A stretch of 64,000 bases of DNA from Arcobacteraceae bacterium (GTDB lineage Bacteria > Campylobacterota > Campylobacteria > Campylobacterales > Arcobacteraceae), in assembly GCA_963662945.1 (NCBI GenBank), contig OY759974.1:1344001-1408000 (forward strand), written 5' to 3'. A program made the position numbers and the translations under genes. Position 1 is the stretch's first letter. Every line of letters begins with the position of its first letter. The notes under the pieces are model-generated. The model had not been told where the DNA came from, made no database searches, and worked only from the letters and a program-made list of their open reading frames with translations. Below, piece after piece: positions 1-10,441 of the stretch.

Positions 1-234
1 TAACCACAAAGGCACTTTCCTTTTTACTTTTTCAATTTCTAGTGCCTCTGTATTTTCATTGAGTTTGTATCTTTTTTTCTTTTTTAATTTAACAGTTTCT
101 AACTCATTTAATAATAATTTTGTATTTGCCATAATTGAAAGGAGTTTATCCTCGATTATTTTATTTTCAATTAGTATGCTTTCTTTATAGGCTAATTTAG
201 TTTCTTCTAAAATACTGTTCATTATATCTTTCAT
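1..234 (-). CDS. hypothetical protein, partial (runs off the left edge)
   Basis: ATG at 234 with AAAAGGA SD upstream; open frame MKDIMNSILEETKLAYKES...EIEKVKRKVPLWL to the window edge; not in the ORF track. Confidence 0.7.
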   Translation of the reverse strand, partial: MKDIMNSILEETKLAYKESILIENKIIEDKLLSIMANTKLLLNELETVKLKKKKRYKLNENTEALEIEKVKRKVPLWL

Positions 235-262
235 AAGTATCCTTTTTGTAAGCAATATTTTA

Positions 263-320
263 TAATAAGAAAACTTATTAATATATAAGTTCTTATAAGT
301 TTCTTATTAGAAACTTATAA
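263..320. promoter_or_regulatory. clustered inverted/direct repeats, putative operator
   Basis: Perfect 12-bp IR TTATAAGTTTCT-tatt-AGAAACTTATAA (293-320), 7-bp IR TAATAAG-aaaa-CTTATTA (263-280) and an extra half-site at 284-293; very AT-rich context. Confidence 0.4.
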
Positions 321-391
321 TTAAGTATATTATAATATTATATTTTGCCTATTTTAATAGATAAAAAATTATTTATTTCATTTTAGGAAAT

Positions 392-424
392 AAAAAAAGG
401 TTACCATTGTCTGGCAACCTTTTT
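392..424 (-). terminator. Rho-independent terminator of DAHP synthase operon
   Basis: Minus-strand hairpin GGTTGCCA-gacaa-TGGTAACC followed by a T7 tract, 20 nt past the stop. Confidence 0.85.
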
Positions 425-444
425 AATAATTTTTGAGGAGAAGT

Positions 445-1800
445 TTATTTATTAGCTTCTTTTAATGTATCTGCAATCATAAATGCTAATTCTAATGATT
501 GATCAGCATTTAATCGTGGATCACATTGTGTATGATATCTACTTGATAAAGATTCTTCAGTAATAGCACTACTTGTACTTCCTGTACACTCTGTAACATC
601 TTGTCCAGTCATTTCTAAGTGAATACCACCTGCAATACTTCCTTGTGCTTTATGGATTTGGAAAAATTGTTTTACTTCACTTAAGATATTAGCAAAATCT
701 CTTGTTTTATATCCATTTGATGTTTTTTCAACATTTCCATGCATTGGATCACAGCTCCAAACAATCTTTTTCCCTTCAGATTCTACTTTTTTAAGAAGAT
801 TTGGAAAATAGTCAGCTATTTTATTAGCTCCCATTCTTACAATAAGATTTAATCTTCCAGCTTCATTTTCTGGATTTAATTTATCAATAAGTTTGATTAA
901 TTCATCTTCTTTCATAGTAGGACCTACTTTACAACCTATTGGATTTTTAATACCTCTAAAAAATTCTATATGTGCTTCATCTAGTCCTCTAGTTCTATCT
1001 CCAATCCATAGCATATGCGCACTACAATCATACCAATCACCAGTTAAACTGTCTTTTCTAGTAAGTGCTTCTTCATAATTTAAAAGAAGTGCTTCATGTG
1101 AAGTATATAATGTTGTTTGTGCTAATTGTGCTGTATTTTGTGATGTAATACCACAAGATTCCATAAATTTTAAAGATTCAGATATTTTTGTAGCTAATTC
1201 TTCATATTTTTCACCTAAAGCATGATTTCTCATATAGTTTAGATTCCAGCTATGAACTTTATGTAAATCAGCCATACCACCTCTTGCAAAGGCTCTTAGA
1301 AGGTTAAGTGTTGCTGCACTTTGATTATATGCTTTAAGAAGTTTTTTTGGATTTGGTATTCTAGCTTTTACATCTGCTTCAATGTCATTTACAATATCAC
1401 CTCTGTAGCTTGGGTATTCAACTCCATCGATAATCTCTGTATCGCTTGATCTTGGTTTAGCAAATTGTCCAGCAATTCTTCCAACTTTTACAACAGGTTT
1501 TCCACCACTAAAAGTCATTACAACGGCCATTTGCATCATAACTTGGAAAAGTGATTTAATATTTTGAGCATTAAAAGCATTAAAACTTTCTGCACAATCT
1601 CCACCTTGTAGTAAAAATGCTTTTCCATTTGCTACATCTGCTAGTTGTTCTTTTAAACTTCTAGCTTCTTGAGCAAAAATTAAAGGAGGATAAGTACTAA
1701 GTTCTTTTTCAACTTTTTTAACTTTTTTCATATCTTCATAAATTGGCTGTTGCTTGATTGGGAAATCTCTCCAACTACTTGGCGTCCAAATATTACTCAT
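445..1800 (-). CDS. aroG: class II 3-deoxy-7-phosphoheptulonate (DAHP) synthase
   Basis: Motifs [46 protein letters not shown]. Confidence 0.95.
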   Translation of the reverse strand: MSNIWTPSSWRDFPIKQQPIYEDMKKVKKVEKELSTYPPLIFAQEARSLKEQLADVANGKAFLLQGGDCAESFNAFNAQNIKSLFQVMMQMAVVMTFSGGKPVVKVGRIAGQFAKPRSSDTEIIDGVEYPSYRGDIVNDIEADVKARIPNPKKLLKAYNQSAATLNLLRAFARGGMADLHKVHSWNLNYMRNHALGEKYEELATKISESLKFMESCGITSQNTAQLAQTTLYTSHEALLLNYEEALTRKDSLTGDWYDCSAHMLWIGDRTRGLDEAHIEFFRGIKNPIGCKVGPTMKEDELIKLIDKLNPENEAGRLNLIVRMGANKIADYFPNLLKKVESEGKKIVWSCDPMHGNVEKTSNGYKTRDFANILSEVKQFFQIHKAQGSIAGGIHLEMTGQDVTECTGSTSSAITEESLSSRYHTQCDPRLNADQSLELAFMIADTLKEANK

Positions 1801-1812
1801 TTTTTTATCCTC

Positions 1813-2805
1813 TTATAATTTTACTTTTTTTAATAGTTCTTGAAATGATACCTTAAAGGCACTCAATCCATCTTGAAGTAGTTCATTATAAACTTTTTCA
1901 ATATCAATTTGATGACTTTTTAAAATTTCAAAATACTTAATACAATCATCTCTATCAATAATTTCAGATGGCTCTTTTTTCCCATTTTTTAACCAAGCAT
2001 TTATAGTATCTAATGGTGCTGTATTAACCGAATTAGGGAAAATTAATTCATCGATGTAATAACTTGGAACTAAATCATTCCCTTTTACACCTGTACTTGC
2101 AAAGAGTGTTCTGATATTTTTATTTGCAAGTGTTTCAACTTCATGATAACAAAGAGTTGCATTTATAATTCCAGTTTTTCCAGTTTCTAGGTCAAGTGTT
2201 CTTAATTTATCATCAAGAGCTCTATCAAATCTACTTACAAAAACAGAAACAACACCTTTTGTGTCTTTTCCACTTTTTTTAATTCCATTATGAAGAGCCG
2301 TTGCAGATTTTAGAGCTTGTTCAGGAGAAAATATTAATGTCGCATTTACACTTATTCCTAATGAAGTAAGATGTTCCATAGCGCCATATCCTGCTTCTGT
2401 AGCTGGAATTTTTATCATAACGTTATCGTAACCGATTTGATTATGTAATCTCGCTCCCTCTTCTATAGTTCCCATCATATCATCACATAAAGTTGGGTCA
2501 ACTTCCAAGGAGATAAAACCATCATTTGCATTTTTATCAAAAAGTGGTTTTAAAAGTTCAGCTGCTCTTTTAATATCTGTTATAGCTAACTCTTCATATA
2601 TTTTTTTATTATCATTTGCTTGAAGCATATTAATTTGTTGAGTGTAAGCTGTTGAGTTGTTAATAGATTGTTGAAATATAGCAGGATTGCTCGTAGCACC
2701 TTTAATTGTTTTATTGTTTATTAACTCTTGAAATTCATTTTCTAAAAAATTTCTCTCAACAAAGTCACACCAAATTGAATAATTTATTTTACTATTTAAA
2801 CTCAT
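1813..2805 (-). CDS. tal: transaldolase
   Basis: GATSNPAIF, ISLEVDP, Schiff-base Lys in NVMIKIPAT, SVFVSRFDR; start placed at ATG 2805, which has an AGGA SD. Confidence 0.93.
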   Translation of the reverse strand: MSLNSKINYSIWCDFVERNFLENEFQELINNKTIKGATSNPAIFQQSINNSTAYTQQINMLQANDNKKIYEELAITDIKRAAELLKPLFDKNANDGFISLEVDPTLCDDMMGTIEEGARLHNQIGYDNVMIKIPATEAGYGAMEHLTSLGISVNATLIFSPEQALKSATALHNGIKKSGKDTKGVVSVFVSRFDRALDDKLRTLDLETGKTGIINATLCYHEVETLANKNIRTLFASTGVKGNDLVPSYYIDELIFPNSVNTAPLDTINAWLKNGKKEPSEIIDRDDCIKYFEILKSHQIDIEKVYNELLQDGLSAFKVSFQELLKKVKL

Positions 2806-2812
2806 TTTTTTC

Positions 2813-3142
2813 CTATTTGTCAATTTTTTGACATATTAAATCTTTGTCAACATTTTGTTTAAAGTCTTTTAAAATAAAGCCTTTACATTCTTCATTTGTA
2901 TCTAGATTTGTAAAACTTACAGTGTATTTAAAGCCATTTACATTAATATCTTCTCTTACAAACTGATGATTTGCATATACTTTTACATTAGATACGTTCT
3001 TATATCCAAGTGTATTTAATATTTTTGTTGCCTTTACTGATTGTCCATAAGCCACAGCAATAAACCATATTAATCCTAATAGACCTAAAATTATCATAAT
3101 AATTATTGTTTTTTTAGGCAGTTTTCTTACTTCATTTTCCAT
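2813..3142 (-). CDS. hypothetical membrane-anchored protein
   Basis: 109 aa, one N-terminal TM helix, two C-terminal Cys, AAGGA SD. Confidence 0.75.
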   Translation of the reverse strand: MENEVRKLPKKTIIIMIILGLLGLIWFIAVAYGQSVKATKILNTLGYKNVSNVKVYANHQFVREDINVNGFKYTVSFTNLDTNEECKGFILKDFKQNVDKDLICQKIDK

Positions 3143-3188
3143 TTGTATCCTTAAAAGGTTGATATTTTACCATAAATTAGATAATACT

Positions 3189-3197
3189 TGCTATAAT
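3189..3197 (+). promoter_or_regulatory. extended -10 promoter (TGcTATAAT), probably leaderless transcript
   Basis: TGnTATAAT ends 7 nt before ATG 3205; no SD. Confidence 0.55.
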
Positions 3198-3204
3198 AAT
3201 ATTT

Positions 3205-4647
3205 ATGAAAAATGTACTTGTAATACTAGATGGAAAAATCGCGAAATATCTAGTGAAAAAAATGGTTGATTTAAATAATAATCTCAACCGATATGATATT
3301 GTTTATACAGATGATAAAATTTTACCAAAAGATATACCATCAAATTTTACTTTTTATAAATTTGACCCAACTAGCTTCTCAAAGTTAAAATTTATACTTG
3401 ATAAGTCTTTATATCAAGATGCTTTAATAGCCTTAGATACAAAGGAAGACACTTTAGCAGTTGTTTATAACATAAGGGTAAAATTTAAAGAGTTAAACTT
3501 TACAGTTTATGATCAGTGGGGATTGGATTTAAAAGATAAAAACATCCAATATTATAGAGGAAATGATATTATCTCCAATGGATTGATAGAACAATTGCCA
3601 AACATACCAGTTTTTGCTCAAAATATAGGTTTAAGACAGGGTGAAATTATGGAGATTAAAGTTCCATTTGGAAGTACTTATGCTTATAGATATATTGGAA
3701 GTATTGGACAAAAAGATTGGAAAATTGTTGCTCTATATAGAAATGGAAAACTTATTAATATAAAACCATCATTGATTATAAAACCAAATGATGTAATTAT
3801 TATTATAGGAAAACCAGATGTATTAATCCAAGTGTATAATGCAATTTCAAAATCTAGTACACAGTTTCCAATGCCTTTTGGTAAAAATATTTATCTTTAC
3901 ATTGATATGTTTGTTCAAGAGGAAGAAGAGATATTGAGTGCCATTGAAGATGTGAAAATTTTACATCAAAGGATGAAAAACAATCTCTTAGTTGTAAAAA
4001 TAACACGACCAACAACAGTAGTTTCTCTTAATAAAATAAAATTTAATTTAAGTCGGATTCCTGATATGAAGTTAGAAATAGATTATCATAATACTGGAAT
4101 ACATACAATATTAAAAGAGGATAAAATACGATTTGATATTGGACTTTTGGTTTTAACAAAAAGTATTTTACGACATAAAGAAGCTATTAAAAATGTAATA
4201 CTCTTAAAATTACCAATTTTTAAAGTAGGGAGTGAAAATATTTCATCGCTAAAACATACGCTAGTTTTATTAAATGATGAAAGGTTGTATGAACAAATAT
4301 CACCTACACTTTTTGATATCTCTTCACAATTAAAAATTAAGTTAAAAGTATTAGATATGGATCCAATTGGGGATAAAAAAAGAGAAGGTTTAATAGCTCA
4401 CTTAAATAATTTATCGAAGATATTTGTACAAAATATTATTTTAGTACAAGAAGAAGCTAATCCGATAAAACGACTAAATAAAGAGCATAACATATTACAA
4501 GTTCTCCCTTTAAAAGAGAGTATGTTTCAAAAAAGAATTATTAAATTTTTTACAATTGATAGTGATTTACTTTCATATGATAACAATAAGTTTAACCAAA
4601 TTTTAATGCCAGTTATTGAAGATATAGAGTCAACGAAAATTATTTGA
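3205..4647 (+). CDS. COG3400-family protein with TrkA-C (RCK_C) domain
   Basis: N-terminal Rossmann-like region, AQNIGLRQGEIMEIKVPFGS..YRYIGSI..WKIVALYRNG RCK_C segment, QFPMPFG; typical of Campylobacterota. Confidence 0.8.
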   Translation: MKNVLVILDGKIAKYLVKKMVDLNNNLNRYDIVYTDDKILPKDIPSNFTFYKFDPTSFSKLKFILDKSLYQDALIALDTKEDTLAVVYNIRVKFKELNFTVYDQWGLDLKDKNIQYYRGNDIISNGLIEQLPNIPVFAQNIGLRQGEIMEIKVPFGSTYAYRYIGSIGQKDWKIVALYRNGKLINIKPSLIIKPNDVIIIIGKPDVLIQVYNAISKSSTQFPMPFGKNIYLYIDMFVQEEEEILSAIEDVKILHQRMKNNLLVVKITRPTTVVSLNKIKFNLSRIPDMKLEIDYHNTGIHTILKEDKIRFDIGLLVLTKSILRHKEAIKNVILLKLPIFKVGSENISSLKHTLVLLNDERLYEQISPTLFDISSQLKIKLKVLDMDPIGDKKREGLIAHLNNLSKIFVQNIILVQEEANPIKRLNKEHNILQVLPLKESMFQKRIIKFFTIDSDLLSYDNNKFNQILMPVIEDIESTKII

Positions 4648-4691
4648 TACTTAAATAAGACTTTTTAATTGTATAATTGTAGAAGTATAAG

Positions 4692-5801
4692 GTGAATATT
4701 TTGGAAAATAATAAAGATACAATTTTAGTAGTTGATGATACAGTAACTAATATTGATATTCTTTTAGATTTGCTGAAAGAGTATGATATAGTTGTTGCTA
4801 TGGATGGTGAATCCGCTTTAGATACATTGGAAAATGATGATAATATAGATTTAATATTATTAGATATAATGATGCCAAGTATGGATGGTTTTGAGGTTTG
4901 TAAAAAAATTAAACAAAATAAAAAAACAAGGGATATCCCAGTTATATTTCTTACTGCAAAATCTGACGATGATTCTATAAAAACAGCATTTGAAGTAGGT
5001 GGCATTGATTATATTACAAAACCATTTAGACCAATTGAATTAACTTCTAAAATTAAAACACATTTACAACTTGTATCTCATCAAAAAAAAGTTATTGAAA
5101 ACAATAGACATATTGTTTTAGAAGAACTTATTAATAATATTGCACATCAATGGAGACAGCCTTTATCAATAATTTCAACTCAAGCAAGTAGTATTATACT
5201 TCAAAAAGATTTGGGAATGATATCCGATGAAGAGATTGATAATAGTTGTAATTCGATATTAAAAAGTACAGAATTTTTGTCAAATACAATAGACAATTTT
5301 AAAAAAATACTTATACATGATTCAAAAAATGAACAATTTAACTTACAAGATGTAATCAATGATAGTTTGTCTTTGCTAGAATATGCAAATGATGATAAAA
5401 ATAATCAATTATTTATCAATATTCAACATAATATTTATATAAAAGGTTCAAAAAACGAGTTTTTACAAGTTCTTTTGCATATTATTGATAATGCAAAAAG
5501 TATAGATTGTCCATATGATAAGAAATTAATTTTTTTAGATGCAAAAACACATGAAAATAAAGTGATTATTACCATAAAAGATAATTGTGGTGGAATAGAA
5601 AATACTATTATTGATAAGATTTTTGATCCTTATTTTACTACAAAACACAAGTTTGTTGGAACAGGGCTTGGATTATATATAGTATATAATATTATAAAAA
5701 ACTCTTTTTTAGGAACCGTAAAAGCTACAAATATTACCTTTGAATATAAAAATGAGAAGTATAAAGGTGCGAACTTTGAAATCCAAATTCCACTTAGTTA
5801 A
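4692..5801 (+). CDS. hybrid response regulator/histidine kinase (REC-HisKA-HATPase), cytoplasmic
   Basis: ILVVDD...LILLDIMMP...TKPF receiver; H-box IAHQWRQPL; DNCGGI, FDPYFTTK, GTGLGL. Confidence 0.92.
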   Translation: MNILENNKDTILVVDDTVTNIDILLDLLKEYDIVVAMDGESALDTLENDDNIDLILLDIMMPSMDGFEVCKKIKQNKKTRDIPVIFLTAKSDDDSIKTAFEVGGIDYITKPFRPIELTSKIKTHLQLVSHQKKVIENNRHIVLEELINNIAHQWRQPLSIISTQASSIILQKDLGMISDEEIDNSCNSILKSTEFLSNTIDNFKKILIHDSKNEQFNLQDVINDSLSLLEYANDDKNNQLFINIQHNIYIKGSKNEFLQVLLHIIDNAKSIDCPYDKKLIFLDAKTHENKVIITIKDNCGGIENTIIDKIFDPYFTTKHKFVGTGLGLYIVYNIIKNSFLGTVKATNITFEYKNEKYKGANFEIQIPLS

Positions 5802-8800
5802 TTTTTTTATATTTATTTTCTTTTTAATCAATCTTAGTGCAAATAATAATCTAACAAAAGTATCAGTACAATTAGAGTGGAAACATCAATTTGAATTTGC
5901 TGGATTTTATGCCGCTTTGGAAAAAGGTTACTATCAAGACATTGGACTTGATGTAGAACTAAAAGAGTTTCATGAAGGTATACATCCTTCAGATGATGTT
6001 TTGAGTGGTAAATCTACATTTGGTATCTCTTCATCCTCTTTAATTTTAGAAAAACTAAAAAATAAGCCCGTTGTTCTTTTAAGTTCTTTTTTTAAACAAA
6101 ACGCTTTGGCTATAGTTGCACAAGAAGATATAAAAACAATAGAACAGTTAAAGGGTAAAAAACTTATGGCTGTAGATTGGGAAATAGAACATACTAGTAT
6201 TGGTTTAATGTTAAAAGATAAAGGTTTAAAGTCTTCGGACTTCACACTTGTTGAGCATGATTTTAATGTTGATAAATTTATCAATGGTGAAGTTGACGCA
6301 ATGAGTGTTTTTTTAACTAATCAGCTTTATGAACTTAATCGTGCAGGGATAAAATATAATATTTTAAATCCTGCAAATTATGGTATATTTTCTTATGATG
6401 TTGAGCTATTTACAAGTGAAAATTTTATCATTCAAAATCCTAAGCTTGTAAAAGAGTTCATTGATGCCACTAACAAAGGTTGGAAATATGCTTTTGAGAA
6501 TAAAAGAGAAATAGTAGATTTAATATATCAAAAATATACAAAACAGAAAACTAAAGAATCTTTGATGTTTGAAGCAGAAGAAACGGAGAAGTTTTTTAAA
6601 ACAAATATTTTTACAGTAGGTTCGCTTGTTCCTGAGTTGATAAAATTGAATGTTGATATGTATGTGAAATTAGGTTTAGCAGATCCTAATTATGATATTG
6701 TAAAATTATTTAGGGATTATATTTATAATGATAGTAACTATATAAATCAATTTATAAATTTAACCCAAGAAGAAATAAAATATATCAAAGAACATCCAAC
6801 AGTAACAATTGCAATGTTAAATAATTTTAAACCATTTTCTTTTATTCAAAATGATACTCATCAGGGATTAACAAATGATATATTACAAGAGATATCTAAA
6901 ATCAGTGGCTTAAAATTTGAAAAAGTTATTGGAAAATGGGATGAAGTTTTAAAAAGATTTCAAAATAAAGAAGTGGATATGATAAGTGATATATCATTCA
7001 CAACACAAAGAGAACAGTTTACCTTTTTTACAAAACCATTTTTTGAAATCCCGTCGTATGTATTTGGATTAAAAAGTGATAATTCTTACAAAAATATCGA
7101 AAGTCTTAAGGGGAAAAGAGTAGCAATAACGAAAGATATATTTTATAAAGATACTTTAAAGAATATTGGTGCAGAAATTGTTGAATTAAGGGAAAATGAT
7201 GAAAAAGTGGATGCATTAGTATTGAATAAAGTAGATTATTTTATAGCTGCTTATACTTCTGGACAAAAAGCTATAAATAGCAAAGCCATCACAACAATAA
7301 AGCCTATTGTCGAGTTGTCTGCTATCAAAAAAGAGGATTTACGTTTTGGTATTAATAAAGATAAACCAATTCTCTATAATATAATAAAAAAATCAATGGA
7401 TAAGATAGATGCTTTGGAGTATTCAAGATTAATCAATAAATGGATGATGAATTTAGACACTGTTGATTTTTCAAAAAAACAAAGAGTAGTGTTAAGTCAA
7501 GAAGAGCAAAAGTATTTAGAAAGAAAACGTGAAATTCATTATTGTGCCGACCCTGCATGGATGCCATTTGAGGAGATAAAAAATGGAAAGCATTATGGTA
7601 TAGCTTCTGACTATGTAAAATTGTTTAGTGAAAATCTAAATATACCTTTTAAATTAGTGCCAACAAGTTCTTGGACCCAAAGTATAGAATATGCAAAAAA
7701 TGGAAAATGCGATATTTTATCTTTCTTAGCAATGGAAACACCAAATAGAAAAAACTATATGAATTTTACTAACCCTTATGTAAAAGTTCCTTTAGTTATT
7801 GCAACAAAATTAAATGTAACATTTATAACAGATTTTCTTAACTTAGATAGTAAAAAAATAGGTATTCCAAAGGGATATGCTTTTTATGAAATCCTTAAAA
7901 GAAAATATCCAGAAATTAATTTAGTGGAAGTTAAAAATACTGAAGAAGGACTTACCAAAGTTAAAAATGGAGAACTCTTTGGTTTTATAGGAACACTCGC
8001 AAGTGTAGGACATCTTTTTCAAACAAAATTTGTTGGAGAATTAAAAATTGCGGGAAAATTTGATGAAAATTGGGAATTATCTATAGCTGTTAGGAAAGAT
8101 AATCAAATGTTATTAAATATTTTACAAAAGACCTTAGATTCTATTGATGAAGTAGCACATAAAAAAATTTTTAATAAATGGATTGCAATAAAATATGAAA
8201 ATAAAACAGATTATCAGTTGCTATGGGAGATAATTTTTATTGCGTTAGTTATTCTTGTGATTTTCATTTATTGGAATAGAAAATTAAGAATTATTAATAG
8301 TGAATTGGAATTTCAAAAAAATAAGTCACAAGAAGCATTAAAAGTGAAATCAAATTTTTTAGCAAATATAACTCATGAGATAAGAACACCAATGAATGTT
8401 ATATTAGGAATGACATATTTATTACAAAAGTCTACTCAAAATCAGATGAGACAAGAACAATTGAAGAATATAGAAAGAGCTACAACGTCACTGTTGCGAT
8501 TAATAAATGATATATTAGATAGTTCAAAAATAGAAGCTGGAAAGTTAAGAATAGTGAATAATAATTTTAATATGCTTGCATTATTGGAAAACATAAAAAC
8601 GATTGCTACATCAAATATGGAAGGAAAAGAGATCTCTTTTGAGATTAGTTATGATGATAAATTACCAATTAATTTTTGTGGAGATAGCTTAAGAATTGAA
8701 CAAGTTTTAACAAACTTAGTGAGTAATGCTATAAAATTTACACAAAAAGGATATGTGCGACTTATAATAGAAAATAGAAAATATAATACATATAGATTTT

Positions 8801-9315
8801 GTGTAATTGATACAGGAATTGGAATATCAAAAGAACAGATGGAAAAGATTTTTGAACCTTTTACTCAAGCTGATGATACAATTACAAGAAAATATGGAGG
8901 TACTGGACTTGGACTTTCAATATCCAGACAACTTGTTGAGTTAATGGGAGGTTCTTTAACTATGACAAGTAGATTAGATCAAGGTACAGAGATTTATTTT
9001 GACATTGATTTATTTGAAGTTGTTGAAAATGAATTTTTAGATAATACTTTTACAAAAAATGATAATAAAAATAGATATTTTAATTTTTATAAAAAAAGAG
9101 ATACAATAGATACGGATGAAGAAGAAAAACTTATTATAAAATTGAAAGAAGCTGTAAATAGAAAAAGACCGAATTTATTGACACCAATAATTGAAGAACT
9201 GGAGAAATATACTTTACAGATATTAGATGAAGAAGATTTTAAAAATATTAAAGCATATATTAAAAAATATATGTTTCAAGAAGCAAGTGAGATATTAAAT
9301 AAATATGAAAAATGA
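5776..9315 (+). CDS. membrane sensor histidine kinase with NMT1/THI5-like and two amino-acid-binding (SBP_bac_3) periplasmic domains
   Basis: QLEWKHQFEFAGFYAA (NMT1-like), two SBP repeats (FKPFSF, DPAWMPFE), TM, H-box FLANITHEIRTPMN, DTGIGI, GGTGLGL; start placed at TTG 5776 (AAAGGTG SD) instead of 5740. Confidence 0.9.
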   Translation: MKSKFHLVNFFIFIFFLINLSANNNLTKVSVQLEWKHQFEFAGFYAALEKGYYQDIGLDVELKEFHEGIHPSDDVLSGKSTFGISSSSLILEKLKNKPVVLLSSFFKQNALAIVAQEDIKTIEQLKGKKLMAVDWEIEHTSIGLMLKDKGLKSSDFTLVEHDFNVDKFINGEVDAMSVFLTNQLYELNRAGIKYNILNPANYGIFSYDVELFTSENFIIQNPKLVKEFIDATNKGWKYAFENKREIVDLIYQKYTKQKTKESLMFEAEETEKFFKTNIFTVGSLVPELIKLNVDMYVKLGLADPNYDIVKLFRDYIYNDSNYINQFINLTQEEIKYIKEHPTVTIAMLNNFKPFSFIQNDTHQGLTNDILQEISKISGLKFEKVIGKWDEVLKRFQNKEVDMISDISFTTQREQFTFFTKPFFEIPSYVFGLKSDNSYKNIESLKGKRVAITKDIFYKDTLKNIGAEIVELRENDEKVDALVLNKVDYFIAAYTSGQKAINSKAITTIKPIVELSAIKKEDLRFGINKDKPILYNIIKKSMDKIDALEYSRLINKWMMNLDTVDFSKKQRVVLSQEEQKYLERKREIHYCADPAWMPFEEIKNGKHYGIASDYVKLFSENLNIPFKLVPTSSWTQSIEYAKNGKCDILSFLAMETPNRKNYMNFTNPYVKVPLVIATKLNVTFITDFLNLDSKKIGIPKGYAFYEILKRKYPEINLVEVKNTEEGLTKVKNGELFGFIGTLASVGHLFQTKFVGELKIAGKFDENWELSIAVRKDNQMLLNILQKTLDSIDEVAHKKIFNKWIAIKYENKTDYQLLWEIIFIALVILVIFIYWNRKLRIINSELEFQKNKSQEALKVKSNFLANITHEIRTPMNVILGMTYLLQKSTQNQMRQEQLKNIERATTSLLRLINDILDSSKIEAGKLRIVNNNFNMLALLENIKTIATSNMEGKEISFEISYDDKLPINFCGDSLRIEQVLTNLVSNAIKFTQKGYVRLIIENRKYNTYRFCVIDTGIGISKEQMEKIFEPFTQADDTITRKYGGTGLGLSISRQLVELMGGSLTMTSRLDQGTEIYFDIDLFEVVENEFLDNTFTKNDNKNRYFNFYKKRDTIDTDEEEKLIIKLKEAVNRKRPNLLTPIIEELEKYTLQILDEEDFKNIKAYIKKYMFQEASEILNKYEK

Positions 9316-10441
9316 AGATATTCCAACAATATTAATTGTTGATGATAATGAAATAAACATTGATGTTTTATTAGGTGCCTTGAGTAATTATGATTTAATT
9401 CCTGCACTTAGCGGTAAAGCGGCATTGGAGATAATAGAAGAAGAAAAGGTTGATTTAATATTATTGGATATTATGATGCCTTCTTTAGATGGTTTCCAAG
9501 TTTGTAAAAAAATCAAAAATAATCCAAAATACTCTAATATACCTATAATATTTTTAACGGCGAAAAATAATACAGAAGATATTAAAAAAGGATTTGAGTA
9601 TGGGGCAATAGATTATATTACTAAGCCATTTAATCCAATCGAGTTAAATATTAGGATAAATACACATATAGATCTTATTAGCTACAAAAATAATCTAGAA
9701 AAGAGAGTTACTCAAGAGATTGAAGCAAATAAAATACAACAACAAATCTTATTTCAGAAATCAAAACAAGCAGAAATTGGTGAATTATTAATGCATATTT
9801 CACACCAATGGAAACAGCCTTTGAGTGAGTTAGGAAGTATCAATACATTTCAAGTAGGAAAACTAGAATATAACCCATCTGTAGATATTGATGAATATAA
9901 AGGTTATTTAGCAAAGAATGCACAAATCATCTCTTTTATGTCTGATACAATGGAAACATTCCAAAATTTTTATCAACCAAACCAAGAAGCACAATATTTT
10001 GATTTGAATAAGGCCGTTGATATTGCAGTAAATATTGTGGCGGCAACTTTTGATTACAATAATATAAATCTAGATATAGTTAGAGATAAAAAAGAGTATA
10101 AAATTTATGGTATTATTAATGAATATGCGCAAATAATACTGTCAATTTTAAATAATGCAAAAAATATATTTATAAAAAGAGAGGTTAAAAATCCTAAAAT
10201 TACTATTTTTATTCAAGAAGATAATAGTGATATCGTAGTCACTATAGTTGATAATGGTGGCGGTATACCTAAAAGTAATAATGATATTTTTTCTCCATTT
10301 GTAAGTTATAGTGATAGTACAGGTATAGGATTATATTTAGTAAAAGCAATTTGTAAAAAAAATGCATGGAAAATTGAAGGGAAAAATTATAAAGATGGTG
10401 CAAAATTCATTTTAACAAGCAAATGGGGAGAGTATAAGTGA
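9305..10441 (+). CDS. hybrid response regulator/histidine kinase (REC-HisKA-HATPase)
   Basis: Receiver ILIVDD...LDIMMP; H-box ISHQWKQPL; DNGGGI, TGIGLY; paralogous to 4692-5801. Confidence 0.92.
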   Translation: MKNEDIPTILIVDDNEINIDVLLGALSNYDLIPALSGKAALEIIEEEKVDLILLDIMMPSLDGFQVCKKIKNNPKYSNIPIIFLTAKNNTEDIKKGFEYGAIDYITKPFNPIELNIRINTHIDLISYKNNLEKRVTQEIEANKIQQQILFQKSKQAEIGELLMHISHQWKQPLSELGSINTFQVGKLEYNPSVDIDEYKGYLAKNAQIISFMSDTMETFQNFYQPNQEAQYFDLNKAVDIAVNIVAATFDYNNINLDIVRDKKEYKIYGIINEYAQIILSILNNAKNIFIKREVKNPKITIFIQEDNSDIVVTIVDNGGGIPKSNNDIFSPFVSYSDSTGIGLYLVKAICKKNAWKIEGKNYKDGAKFILTSKWGEYK

